Shown piece after piece: positions 24,096 through 36,945 of a DNA stretch of 64,000 nucleotides (positions within the stretch are counted from its first letter, which is position 1; the number at the start of each line of letters is the position of its first letter). Source of the stretch: Octopus bimaculoides (taxonomy: Eukaryota). Where the stretch lies: the NCBI RefSeq assembly GCF_001194135.2, contig NC_068996.1, positions 43,992,591-44,056,590 of the forward strand. Reading direction: 5' to 3'. A model generated the notes under the pieces. It saw only the letters and a list, made by a program, of their open reading frames with translations, did no database searches and was not told the DNA's origin. Position numbers and translations under genes: made by a program.

Positions 24096-24515
24096 TGTCG
24101 GTGATAGGGCCACCATCATTGGGTAACCCTATCCCATACAAATCAATTCTCTTCAATAAAAACGAAAACGCTGGATAAATTGAATAACAGCATAACAAAT
24201 ATTTATTATGAGATACTCAGCCTACATCTCGAGTGACGGAATTGCCAGGACGCCCTTTATGGTTGGTGTGAAGACGGTGTCGATGCTGGTTGATTAAATC
24301 ATTCTTCAACCTCAGTTAGTGTAGACTCAAAAGTAAAGTTATGGAGCGGCTCTTAGGGACCTCGTGTCTTCTCAAATGCGCAGCGCTAAGAGGTTGAGAA
24401 AAGACGGGAACACTTTGATATAGGATGACCTCGCATGTGCATGAGGGACTTCCTGCATGCCTTCTGGAAGACATGTCCCTGCGCATGCGTGGACGAACTT
24501 CCCAAAATGGCGACA
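24096..24515 (-). mobile_element. Solo LTR (Ty3/Gypsy-like) inserted in a family B SINE
   Basis: TGTCG...CGACA termini and 4-bp TSD CATC (24092-24095, 24516-24519). The host SINE sequence GACTTTGCCTTTCATC resumes after it. On the minus strand a TATA-like motif precedes AATAAA. Confidence 0.8.
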
Positions 24516-25519
24516 CATCCATTCAGGGTTGATGAATTAAGTACCAGTTGAGTACTGGGGTCGATCTAATCCATTCAGCCCTCCCCCAAATTTCAAGCCT
24601 TGTGCCTATAGTAGAAAGGATTATTCTTGCATACCCATTTGCGAGTGGCAAAGCTGGCTATGGGACATTTAAGAAAGGGATTAGCATGAGTGTATCACAG
24701 CAAGGCCACAGCTGAATTGCTTAAACCAATAAAAGAAGTAGAAAAGAAAAAAAAACATGACAGAAAATAGGGGATCAGAGAAGCAGAGGTTGAAATTCAG
24801 GTGCATTGGATAAGTTTGGTTGTCAATAATATTCAGATTATTATTTTAGAACTGTAGAGGCCATGGTGGAAACCACTTCCACAAACTACTCCCATTTTGT
24901 AAGAATAATGAAAAGCACAAAACAAAACGGAAAACAATGATTTAAAGAAAACATTTTACTAACGTTTTAAGCAATTCGATATCTTGCCAATATCAAAAGT
25001 CTCAATGCTTTAACATAAATCATATTAAAATCACTTCATCTCTACTTCTCTCTCTCTCTCTCTTGCTGGTAATTTTACCTCAGTCAGTTACAAAGTACTG
25101 TTCGCTTCTTTTTTAGTTGTTTTATTTTTTGTAACAATTTTTTCTTTAGTATTTTTTGCTCTTAGTCCTTTGCACTGTTGAATGGGAGCAAGTTATTATA
25201 CTCCCCTTTGCAGAGCATTTTTGTCATTCCTGTGCATCTATGCATGGCAGACAACGTCTAGGCTGCACTTGAATGATGCTTGTGCAAAGAAAATTTACAG
25301 AGAAGAAAATGGTAAGGATGGTATGACTTATGAATTGACAGTCATTTAGATGTTACAGTGTTTTGTAGCATTTGTTCCAGTTCTCTAACCTCTGAATTCA
25401 AATCCTGCCAAGGTAAACTTTGCCATTCGTCGCTTCAGGACAGATAAGCAGAGTGAAAGTCCAGGGTTGTGAAGTAGCAGTGTCAACCTGTAATACCCAA
25501 CATACATTATGCGTATTAT

Positions 25520-26204
25520 TTCTATACACATACATACATACACACATACACACATACATACATACATATATACATGCATGCATACATACATACATGTATA
25601 CACACATACATAACATAGATACATGTATACATATATACATACATACATACATTCATACATACACATATACATACACACGTAATACATGCATGCATATATA
25701 CATACATGTATACATATATACATATAAATAATATATAAATATATGCATATATCCATACATATATGTACATACCTACATATATATATGTATACATACAGGC
25801 ATATATGGGTACAGGACATAAAAAAAACCCTTAAACACAATGAGAAACGAAAACAGAAAACGAACTATTTTTGAACAATGAAAAAAAACAGAGAAACAAA
25901 ACATGCAACATACATACATACATACATACATACATACATACATACATACATACATGCATTCATACATACATACGTACATACATGCATTCATACATACATA
26001 CGTACATACATACATACATGTATACATACATACATTCATACATACATGTATACATACATACATTCATACATACATACATAAATACATACATACATACATA
26101 CATACATACATTCATACATATACATACATACATATGTATGTATACATATTTATATAAATATATGTATATGTATGTATATATACATATATAATTTATATAC
26201 ATAT

Positions 26205-26253
<49 letters not shown>

Positions 26254-26340
26254 NNNNNNNNNNNNNNNNNNNNNNNNNNNNNNNNNNNNNNNNNNNNNNN
26301 NNNNNNNNNNNACACACACACACACACACACATATATATG
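25520..26340. repeat. (CATA)n / (TA)n microsatellite blocks
   Basis: Long degenerate tetranucleotide arrays that give the HTYI/MYVC pseudo-ORFs. Confidence 0.9.
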
Positions 26341-28019
26341 TATGTATGCATATATGGAAAAGTTAATTTATTATAATGACTTCTAATTTATGTATAAGGC
26401 CAACAATTTCGAAGTGGGACAGTTAGTTGCTATCATCAACCTCATTACTTACCTACTTCTTTCTTCTATTGACCCTGTAAGGATGAGATGCAAAGCGGAC
26501 CCTGGTGGGAACTGAACTCAGAATGCAAAGAACTAGAATAAATACAGCAAATCATTTTGCTTGACACTCTAAAAACACTGTCAAGCCATTATTTTTGTTG
26601 TATCATGGTATAACATGGGTCTTAATTTGTTTTTAACTTGAATAATAGACATTATAAGCACTGGTGTAGCTGTGTAGTTGCTTCCCAACCACATGGTTCT
26701 GGTTTCAGTCCAACTGTGTAGCACCTTGGGCAAATGTCTTCTTCTATAGCCTCAGGCCAACCTAAGCCATGTGAGTGGATTTGGTAGATAGAAACTGAAA
26801 GAAGCCTGTCATATATATAACAGAAAGCCACAACTTACATAGATTAGAATTGGGCTTCTAAACCTGTGAGGCCCCTAGGTAACACACTGCACTGGGCCCT
26901 AATAGTATTTATTTATTGACAGCATGTCACAGCATACGTGAATTAGAATTGGGTCCCTACACTCATGAGGTCCCTGTGAAAATCATTGCACTGTTCCTGT
27001 TAATATTTATCTATTGACAGTAAATCACTGCATACGTAGATCAGAATCAAGCTCCTAGACCTGTGAAGCCCCAAAGTAACTGGTGTGCATACCCTTGTCA
27101 TAAGAAGAACATTCTGAGACTACAACCAACACACACCCTGTGACTATACACACCCTATGATTACCACCAATGCACACACTGTACCACATGCAATGAAATT
27201 TGTCAGTTATGGATGGCAGGTTACAGATACAGCGCAAGCTGGTGAATAATGGCACAGCAAGGGTAGACAACAAACTCTCAAATAATACGATGTAACAGGT
27301 ATATTTGTTCTCGAAAATAAAGTTTAAAGCAAGGAAATGGGTGTAGTTATATTTTGTGTGTTGAAACATCTATAAACTGTTTTCAAATCCAGTTTGGACT
27401 AATTTTTATATGGGAACACTTCACTAAGTCTTTTCACATATATATATATACATTACTGGTCCCAGTATTTGTCACTCAGCTGTGAAGAAACAATAAGAAT
27501 TTTTTTTTGCTTTGTTTTATTCTGAATTTTTGTTTATTTACTTTATTTATTATCATTATTTTTTTATTTAGCGAAACAATAAATTCTAAATCAAAACAGT
27601 AGGAATACCACAATTAAGGTCAATAGAATAAATAGTATATCTTGTATTTTATATTTAGTGGAAGTGCTGGTGGATGGGTGGGTGGGAGCAACGATGAGTA
27701 ATTATTGCTTAATTGGTAGAAGTTAATTGGATTTCTAATTTTTTTATTTTAATTTATATTCTGTTTTTGTTCCAGTTCTATATTTAAGAGATGAGGAATT
27801 ATGTACATTACTCTTTTACGCTTTTACTTGTTTCAGTCATTTGACTGCGGCCATGCTGGAGCACCGCCTTTAGTCGAGCAAATCGACCCTGGGACTTATT
27901 CTTTGTAAGCCTAGTACTTATTCTATCGGTCTCTTTTGCCGAACTGCTAAGTGACAGGGACATAAACACACCAGCACCAGTCGTCATGCAATGCTAGGGG
28001 GACAAACACAGACACACAA

Positions 28020-28056
<37 letters not shown>

Positions 28057-28236
28057 TATATACGACGGGCTTCTTTCAGTTTTCGTCTACCAAATCCACT
28101 CACAAGGCTTTGGTCGGCCCGAGGCTATAGTAGAAGACACTTGCCCAAGATACCACACAGTAGGACTGAACCCGGAGCCGTGTGGTTGGTAAGCAAGCTA
28201 CTTACCACAATCACTCCTGCGCCATTATTTACATTA

Positions 28237-28343
28237 TTTACATTTGACGGATATTTGTCCTCATCTGATGAAGGCTGGAGGGTATATCAGCCGAAACGTG
28301 TTAACAACAAACAAGATGAGGACAAATATCCATCAAATGTAAA
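28237..28343. repeat. 30-bp-arm hairpin enclosing a hammerhead-like core
   Basis: Arms 28237-28266 and 28314-28343 (one mismatch). Core CTGATGA-A-GGCTG-GAGGGTATAT-CAGCC-GAAAC at 28265-28297. Confidence 0.75.
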
Positions 28344-28793
28344 TCTGTTTTTGTTGTTATTATTTATAAACCTCCAGGTCAACCCTGGTTGATCAGGCCT
28401 ATGATTGAAAGCATTCCAGGTGTCACCAACCTGTTCTTTTTGATTTGGTAAGGAGCACAGTGTATCTAGGATTACATTATGCAATGTTTCTTTTTTTTTT
28501 CTTATTTTGAAAGACAGTAAGATATGTTATGAGGGTAATCTGGTTGGTATTTTTAGCAAGTTCAGAGCCCCTACAGGGTTGTCATTTTCAACCTAGCTTA
28601 ATCACGTAGCACACTGAATGAAATGTGCCATGCAGTGTTACAGTTTGCTCTCAGCTAGAGTTTTATTATCTTCTGTCTTTTTGTTGTTTTTGTTATTGAA
28701 CTACGGACATGCAAGGTCACTGTCTTGGAAGGTTTTATAAGCACACACATACACACATAACTGTATACATACATACATACATACATACATACA

Positions 28794-28827
<34 letters not shown>

Positions 28828-30109
28828 CATATATATNNNNNNNNNNNNNNNNNNNNNNNNNNNNNNNNNNNNNNNNNNNNNNNNNNNNNNNNNNNNNNNN
28901 NNNNNNNNNNNNNNNNNNNNNNNNNNNNNNNNNNNNNNNNNNNNNNNNNNNNNNNNNNNNNNNNNNNNNNNNNNNNNNNNNNNNNNNNNNNNNNNNNNNN
29001 NNNNNNNNNNNNNNNNNNNNNNNNNNNNNNNNNNNNNNNNNNNNNNNNNNNNNNNNNNNNNNNNNNNNNNNNNNNNNNNNNNNNNNNNNNNNNNNNNNNN
29101 NNNNNNNNNNNNNNNNNNNNNNNNNNNNNNNNNNNNNNNNNNNNNNNNNNNNNNNNNNNNNNNNNNNNNNNNNNNNNNNNNNNNNNNNNNNNNNNNNNNN
29201 NNNNNNNNNNNNNNNNNNNNNNNNNNNNNTATACATATATACATTATATGTATATATATATACACACACACATACAGGGGGGTCAATTTGTTTGACTAAA
29301 GGTGGTGCTCCAGCATGGCTGCAGTCAAATGATTGAAACACATAAAAGAATGCACACACATACATATTTATGTACATATATACATACATATATATAATAC
29401 ACACACATTTATACCCATACACACACACACAGATATATTCATACATATATACACATATGCAGATGCGCACAAGCACACACACACGCACACACATCTACTA
29501 AATCCACACACAAGGAGCTGTAATAGTAGAGACTGAACCGCAGAACACATAGTTGTAAAATAGACTTCTTAACCATACAGCTGCACCTGTGCATATGCAC
29601 AAAATTCTTAAAATCGTTTTGAAAGCAGAGATGTGTGCTTTATACATGGTAGTGACATGTGGTGTTTTTTTTATGTGGCACTGGCACTAACGAGCCCACA
29701 AGACAAGGACCTCTTGGCTTAGAGATCGAGTGGTGGACATGGTCATAAATGACATGCCGATATGTATGGATGGCCACGATTTTACTTAGCTTGACACGTC
29801 TTCTCGAGCACAACAAATCGCAAGCTGTAGATGGTGATGTTTGTTGACATTCCTTCTCAACAAAGCCATCTTCTATCTCTGCACTTTTGAAGACATGGGA
29901 AATAAAGATAAAATCCCTCAATTTGCAAAACAGGTAAGGGTTAGTAATAAGCAGAGCATGCAGCTGTAAAATAATGCAGGCAGCAATAACAAGTATTCAT
30001 CCAACCCATGCTGGCATGGAAAAACAGACATAAAACAAACAAACGAGTAAATTATCATGGACGCCATAGAGACCACCAAGTGGTTTTCCTCTCAGTTTGT
30101 AATTTATAC

Positions 30110-30142
<33 letters not shown>

Positions 30143-30653
30143 NNNNNNNNNNNNNNNNNNNNNNNNNNNNNNNNNNNNNNNNNNNNNNNNNNNNNNNNNN
30201 NNNNNNNNNNNNNNNNNNNNNNNNNNNNNNNNNNNNNNNNNNNNNNNNNNNNNNNNNNNNNNNNNNNNNNNNNNNNNNNNNNNNNNNNNNNNNNNNNNNN
30301 NNNNNNNNNNNNNNNNNNNNNNNNNNNNNNNNNNNNNNNNNNNNNNNNNNNNNNNNNNNATATATATATATATATATATATATAAGTATGTATATATAAG
30401 TATGTATGAAGAATAATAATAAATGGAGGTCGATTTATTATTATTCTTCATATCTACTCAAAATACATCACTTTAACTTGGTATTTCTACCTATTAATCG
30501 AGTATGATATCCCAGTTTTGTATGATTTTTGCTACCCTGGTAATTATTAACATATTTTCATTATTGAAGTTTTTTCAACCGAGATAATATTAATATATAC
30601 ATAAATCTATATATATATATATATATATATTGTTGTTTTCTTCATTATTACAG

Positions 30654-30779
30654 GAGGCTCTGGAGAACAGCATTTGACACCGCAAGGGAAACAGAAGACT
30701 ACTAAACAGGAAATAAAGTCTGATAAGGATTTACCAGCTTACTGCAATCCACCGAACCCTTGTCCAAAAGGATACACAG
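30654..30779 (+). CDS. SCG5: 7B2 homolog, coding exon 2 (proline-rich PPNPCP core)
   Basis: Acceptor ttattacag|, 126 nt, phase 1-1. Encodes (G)GSGEQHLTPQGKQKTTKQEIKSDKDLPAYCNPPNPCPKGYT, containing the hallmark 7B2 motif LPAYCNPPNPCP. Donor ag|gtgaat. Confidence 0.96.
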
Positions 30780-30789
30780 GTGAATCCTT

Positions 30790-31460
30790 TGTCTTTAACA
30801 CTGACATCATCATCATTGTCATTGTTGTCATCGTTGTCGTCGTCAACATCATCACTGCCACCATCATTATCATCATTGTCAATAGTAACAACAATGCCAT
30901 AATTCTCATTTGTTAAGTAAGTTTTTGTTGTGCTTAACATTGCTTATTTTGCCACTGTTGTTCAAGACATTAGTATTGCTGCCACCATGCCCATAATCAT
31001 CAATGTCGTCATCGTCACAGTCATTGTCATTGTCATCGTCATCGTCCTCCTTATCTTCCTCGTCCTCCTCCTTGTCCTCCTCCTCCCTCTCATCCTTGTT
31101 CTCTTCCTTGCCCTCATCCTCCTCCTCCTTTACTTGTCCTTGTCCTTGTTCTCCTTGTCATCATCATCATTGACCTCCACCCCATCCTCGACATCATCCT
31201 CACTATCTTCCTCCTCCTCCTCCTCCTCCTCACCCTTGTCATTGTCATTGTTGTTGTCATTGTTGTCCTCCTCATTAACATGAACAACAACAACAGCAAT
31301 AATAAGCCCATCATTCTCATTATAATAGATTTTGTTCTTAGTGGGGAAAATTTTGCAACTATTGCTCCTCCTCCTCCTCCTCATCATCATCATCATCATC
31401 AACATCTCCTTCAATGCCACAATCACAACATCATCATCATCATCATCATCATTTAATATC
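30790..31460. repeat. Trinucleotide (ATC/GTC/CCT) low-complexity tract directly after coding exon 2
   Basis: Degenerate CAT/CCT/TTG arrays. Confidence 0.85.
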
Positions 31461-31737
31461 TGCTTTTCATGTTGGCATGGGTTGGACGGTTCGACTGGGG
31501 TCTGGCAAGCCAGAAGGCTGCACTAGGCTCCAATCTGCACAAGGCCTCAGATTTGGGGGAAGGGATTAAGCTGATTACATTGACCCCAGTACGTAACTGG
31601 TGATTGTTTAATCATCCCCGAAAGAATGAAAGGCAAAGTTGACCTCGGCAGAATTTGAACTAAGTACGTAATGGCAGATGAAATACCGCTAAGTATTTTA
31701 TCCAGCGTCCTAATGGTTCTGTCAGCTCACCACCTTG

Positions 31738-31780
<43 letters not shown>

Positions 31781-31781
<1 letters not shown>

Positions 31782-32319
31782 TTCCCTGATGCAGTACCAG
31801 ACAGTGGTTCTCGTGGCTTCTTATCTTAACTGATTGTTTTGTCTTGGTATAAAAAGATGGGCTGCAACAAATATTCTGCTCAATACCACAGATTTGTTTG
31901 TCAGTTGCTTGACCTTAATCAGTTGAGCATGTCCCTTGGTGGCTGACGATATGTGCATCTCTGATCATGAGCAGAAGTAGTGGGGGAGCATCATAGCCAT
32001 GTGCTGAGAGGAATTCTTTGGGGTTTGAATAATTCACCTTTGGGAACATAGGTATTTTGTTCGACATCCTCAAACAACCTTTATTCAAGGACCTTTTGAG
32101 CGGGATGGGCTACTCGACCTGAAGAAAATTCTAACTGGGCCCCACCTGCGAGGTTATACACTGTTTATCTTGATATGAGATCGCCATGCCATGCACATAT
32201 GGTTGTGATGCATGTGCCTGGTGTCCCCTTATCAGACAGGTAGTCATGATGGGTATACTGGGCCTCATATATTTGTGCCCCAGTGTCACTTTGATGGCAT
32301 GCACTGCTCTCTCACTCAA
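31781..32319 (+). mobile_element. Unclassified ~540-bp element flanked on both sides by (TAA)n
   Basis: Complex sequence bracketed by (AAT)n at 31739-31780 and 32320-32341. No ORF or TIR seen. Strand inferred from the TAA tail. Confidence 0.5.
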
Positions 32320-32340
32320 TAATAATAGTAATAATAATAA

Positions 32341-34358
32341 TGTGGAAACTAATGTCAGGTGCTTTGGTATAAAGACTTAGAAAAAGGTGGGCTGCTACCT
32401 ATTAAACAGAAAGGGTGTTGAAAGAGGAGTCTGGGAATGAAGGATCAGCTTTTAATTGATAATCTAATTAGCAAGAACTGCAAGAGAAGACACACAAACT
32501 TAAGCATGGCATGGATTGACTATCGTAAAGCCTAGGATAGGATACCACACTCATGGATAATAAGAACAATGGAAATGTACGGAGTAGCAGAAAATATGAG
32601 AAGTCCTATAGGGAGCAGTATGAAATGTTGGAGAACGGAATTGACAGTAGGGAATCAAATATTAGGAGAGGTGAAAATCAAGAGAAGAATCTTTCAAGGG
32701 GACAGTATGATCTTTGTGCTGGGAATGATCCCCTTGAGTGAAATACTACAAAAAACAAAGTTGGGGTATGACCTGAGAAGAGGTAAAGGAAAGCTGAACC
32801 ACTAGGTATTCATGGACAACTTGAAATTATTCATAAAAAGTGAGGGAGAACTAGACTGCTTAGTCCAGTCTGTATGGATTTTCTCCAATGATATTAAGAT
32901 GGAGTTTGGGCTCTCAAAATGTGCTGCGATGGTATTGAGATGAGGAAAGCTTGTCCAGACAGAAGGCATATGGTTGCCAAGGAGTGAAGTGATGAAGGCA
33001 ATTCAACCTAAATCCAACTATAAATACCTGGGAATACTTGAGGGAGATGGCATTAAACCCAGTGACATGAAGGAAAAGACAAACAGAGAGTACCTGCGGT
33101 GAGCGAGAAAAATATTGGCTTCATAGCTGAATGCCAGGAACATAATTTTGGCAATAAACTCGTGCACAGTCGCAGTAGTTTGGTATGATACTGGAATCCT
33201 GAAGTGGACAGAAGAGGAGCTAAAGGAGATGGACAGAAAGTCGAGAAAGCTCCTAACAATGCATGGAGCCCATCATTCACATACAGTCACTGATCGCCTA
33301 TACATGAAGAGAGCAAATGGAGGAAGAGGACTGATAAGTGTGGAAGACTGCATGTGTATCGAAATAGAGAGCTTAATGAAATACCTAGCCCAAAGTAAGG
33401 AAACCTTGCTAGTGACAGTTAGGAACGAGGGAGTATTGAAAGCAGAGAATAAAGGAAAAACAAAAGAAGTTAAAAAGGACATGTAGAAGAATTACGCAGG
33501 AAGAGACTACACAATCAATTCCATGTAGCTACAACAGAAATTGCTGGAAAAAATCAGGTGAGAATGGCTGAAGAAAGGAACATTGAAAAAAGAGACCAAG
33601 AGCACTATACTGGCAGTGCAAGACCAAGCTTTGGCCACGAACTGGAGGGTTAACCTTAGCAATGAGCAAGTGTCTCCGCTGTGCCACTTCTGTAACGGAG
33701 TGGACGAAACCATTGCCTATATCATGAATGAATGCTCTAGACCTGTCCAAAACTTCTAGATTTGTGGTGGCATGATCAGGCAGCAAAATTGGCTACACTG
33801 GAAACTGTGCAATAAGTGGGGGCTAGAGAGAGACAAGATGTGGTATGAGCCCAAACCACAGAGTGGTGGAGTTAGAGACTAGTAAAATCCTCTGGGATTT
33901 CCAATCCAAACAGATCAGGTGCTAGAGCATAACAGACAAGACTTAGTGGTAGTGGACAAGGTGCACCACATATGCTATGTAGTTAACGTTGCATGCCCCT
34001 TTGACCCACGAATAGTCAAGAAAGAAGGCGAAAAAGAGAGATATATACAATCATCTTAAGTACAAAATAACCCAGCCATAGAAAATAATGGTGAAGAAAG
34101 TGCCAATTACTGTTGGGTCCTTAGGGATAGTAACAGAAGGCATCAAGAGGAATATAAAAGAAATCGGAATAGAGTGCCCAGAAGGACTGTTACAAAAGGT
34201 TTGCCTCCTTGGTACAGCCAGAATAATCAGGAAAGTATTAAATAGTTGAAAAGAACAGATAACATGGTACCGTAGTCTGCAGGCAGCAAGCCTGCTATGC
34301 ATGCAAGACTCCAGGAGTTCCTACAAAACCTATGATAAAAATAAATAAAAATAATGAT
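32341..34358 (+). mobile_element. 5'-truncated, decayed R4/Dong-clade non-LTR retrotransposon
   Basis: RT motifs KDQLLID, WIDYRKA*D, IFQGDS, FMDNLKLF and YKYLG; GGRGL; C..C...ETI..I...C knuckle; ILWDF.IQTD...HNRQDLVV (RLE); C-terminal LQKVCLLGTARIIRKVL* (TGA 34247-34249). Several stops and frameshifts. Begins and ends in TAA-rich sequence. Confidence 0.88.
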
Positions 34359-34719
34359 ATTTTTACTATAGGCACAAGGCCTGACATTTTGAAGAGGAGG
34401 ACAGTTAATTACATTGACCCCGGTGTTCAAGTGGGGTGAAACTTTAGGGGGTGGGGCTAATTGATTAATATGACCCCAGTATTCAGTTTATTTCATTGAT
34501 TCTGAAAGGAAACAAGGCAATGTTTACCTCAGTGGATTTGAACTCAGAACATAAAACCAGAAGAAATACCACTGAACATTTTGTCTGACATGTGAACAAA
34601 TAAAGAAACAACAACAACAACAACAGCAAAATAGATTTATCTTAACCATGTCATTTTTTTTTTTTTCCATATTTTTTGCCTTTTTTTTTCTCATTTGAAA
34701 TCCATTATTTATTATGCAG

Positions 34720-34922
34720 AGAGAGATGGATGTTTGGAAAAATTTGAAAATACTGCTAACAACAACCGAAAATATCAAGAGTCTCAGAACTGCCCCTGTG
34801 ATGCTGATCACATGTTCACCTGCCCTGCCGGCAGTAAAGTGATCAATACCAAAAGTCGAAAGGCTACTGCTAGTATTGGATCTGGTGTTGCACATGCCCT
34901 TGGAGATCAAGAAAGCAATGAG
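34720..34922 (+). CDS. SCG5: 7B2 homolog, coding exon 3
   Basis: Acceptor attatgcag|, 203 nt, phase 1-0. Encodes (E)RDGCLEKFENTANNNRKYQESQNCPCDADHMFTCPAG...DQESNE, with the invertebrate 7B2 pattern GCLExFENTA...QxCxCDxxHMFxCP. Donor gag|gtaagt. Confidence 0.95.
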
Positions 34923-34997
34923 GTAAGTTGAATGGTTTAAATATTTGTCAAGAAGAAAAAAAAAATGTTGGATTTTTGGTTTTTTTTTCTTCTTCTC

Positions 34998-35150
34998 TTA
35001 ACCCTTTAGCATTTAAACTGGCTGTATCCAGTTCAAGTATTGAACTTGCTTTTATGTTCAAACTGTCCAGATCCAGCCTCTCACACCTACTCTACAATGT
35101 CATTCTAAAAATAAGTAATCACATCATTGAAATGTTGAAGCTATGAGATA
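34998..35150. mobile_element. piggyBac-type MITE fragment
   Basis: TTAA-CCCTTTAGC terminus; reverse-complement similarity to the copies at 36510-36945. Confidence 0.55.
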
Positions 35151-35230
35151 ATGGGTGTATGTGCATACATGTATACAAACATGCACATAAGCATGTGTGT
35201 GTGTGTGTACATACATACATACATACATAC

Positions 35231-35267
<37 letters not shown>

Positions 35268-36376
35268 NNNNNNNNNNNNNNNNNNNNNNNNNNNNNNNNN
35301 NNNNNNNNNNNNNNNNNNNNNNNNNNNNNNNNNNNNNNNNNNNNNNNNNNNNNNNNNNNNNNNNNNNNNNNNNNNNNNNNNNNNNNNNNNNNNNNNNNNN
35401 NNNNNNNNNNNNNNNNNNNNNNNNNNNNNNNNNNNNNNNNNNNNNNNNNNNNNNNNNNNNNNNNNNNNNNNNNNNNNNNNNNNNNNNNNNNNNNNNNNNN
35501 NNNNNNNNNNNNNNNNNNNNNNNNNNNNNNNNNNNNNNNNNNNNNNNNNNNNNNNNNNNNNNNNNNNNNNNNNNNNNNNNNNNNNNNNNNNNNNNNNNNN
35601 NNNNNNNNNNNNNNNNNNNNNNNNNNNNNNNNNNNNNNNNNNNNNNNNNNTTTGTATGATCGTGTAGAGAGGAATATATTATTTTATTTAAAAGAGTTCC
35701 AACTCTGTTTTTTATGTTTTATTTATATTCTTGTAAAATTAATGTGGGATATAGAATATGGAATGTATAATATATAATCTAAAAATGGATGGTACAACGA
35801 AATGAAGTATTGAATGTCTTATTGAATATATGGAATATGTCTTATTGAATATATCAAATATTGAGTGTTCAATATAAAGGATTAAATATATAAAAAGGCG
35901 AATACGTATTTTCAATACCTTGTGGTATTCATCATGGCCGGTATCTGATAGACTGTAACATATATGTATATATGTATATATGTGTGTGTATGTGCATGTG
36001 TGTGTACCTGTGTGTGCCTGTGTGTGATTGTGTGCATATGAGTATACGTGAATGCACATATACATATAACTTGAGTATATGTGCATGTGTGTACAAGTTT
36101 AAGAATGTATATGCTTCTCTTTGTACATGTCTAAACGCATACGCGGTCTCAATGCACATATACATGTTTATATGTGTTTGTAAATCATTTGTATGCATGT
36201 ATTTGTGTGCATGTATGCATATGCATGTTTTGTGTGCATATGTGTGTTCTTTGAACTATCCTAGCTTATTAATAAATTAATTAAATGATATTGCTGTCCT
36301 ACATATTTAATTATGTATATTAAGCTGCTATCCATCCAAGCTTGACTTCCAAACACAAAAGCCAGTGTGATATTAT

Positions 36377-36450
36377 TATAAGGCTAATTCTATTATAAGG
36401 CTAATTCTATTATAAGGCTAATTCTATTATAAGGCTAATTCTATTATAAG
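36377..36450. repeat. 17-bp minisatellite (TATAAGGCTAATTCTAT) x about 4.5
   Basis: Directly visible tandem copies. Confidence 0.9.
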
Positions 36451-36509
36451 GTTAATTACATTTTTTATCCTCAATCTGTTCTTTGAACAACAGTTACCCT
36501 TATCACACC

Positions 36510-36945
36510 TTTAACCATTCTGCATTCAGATTAATCTGTCAAATGTACTGCTTATTTATTCACATTGTTTTAAATCAATCCTACTTTAACTGGTAACTCT
36601 GAGATTTCAATGATGTGACTGCTTATTTTTATAATGACATTGCAGGATATGTGTGAAAGGCATGATCTGGTCAGTTTGAACATAAGGCAGGTAGAATATT
36701 TGGGCTGGATATGGCCAGCTTAATCCTTTAGCATTCAGATTACTCTGTCAAATGTAAAGCTTACTTATTCACATTGTTTTAAATTAATCATGCATTATCT
36801 CATAGCTTTGGGATTTGGATGATGTGATTGTCTATTTTTAGAATAACATTGTAGGGTAGGTGTGAGAGGCTGTACCTGGCCAGTTTGAACATAAAAAAGG
36901 TAGAATATTTGAGCTGGATATGGTTGGTTTAAATACTAAAGGGTC
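36510..36945. mobile_element. Two head-to-tail piggyBac-type MITE copies
   Basis: TTAACCATTCTGCATTCAGA and TTAATCCTTTAGCATTCAGA starts, shared body and CTAAAGGGT end. Related copies at about 56165-56375 and 63100-63325. Confidence 0.55.

Noticed and set aside
25214-25311. Possible cassette exon in intron 2 (cctttgcag| ... atg|gtaagg)
   Set aside because: 98 nt, shifts frame, has an in-frame stop and no 7B2 similarity. Such site pairs occur by chance in 10-kb introns.
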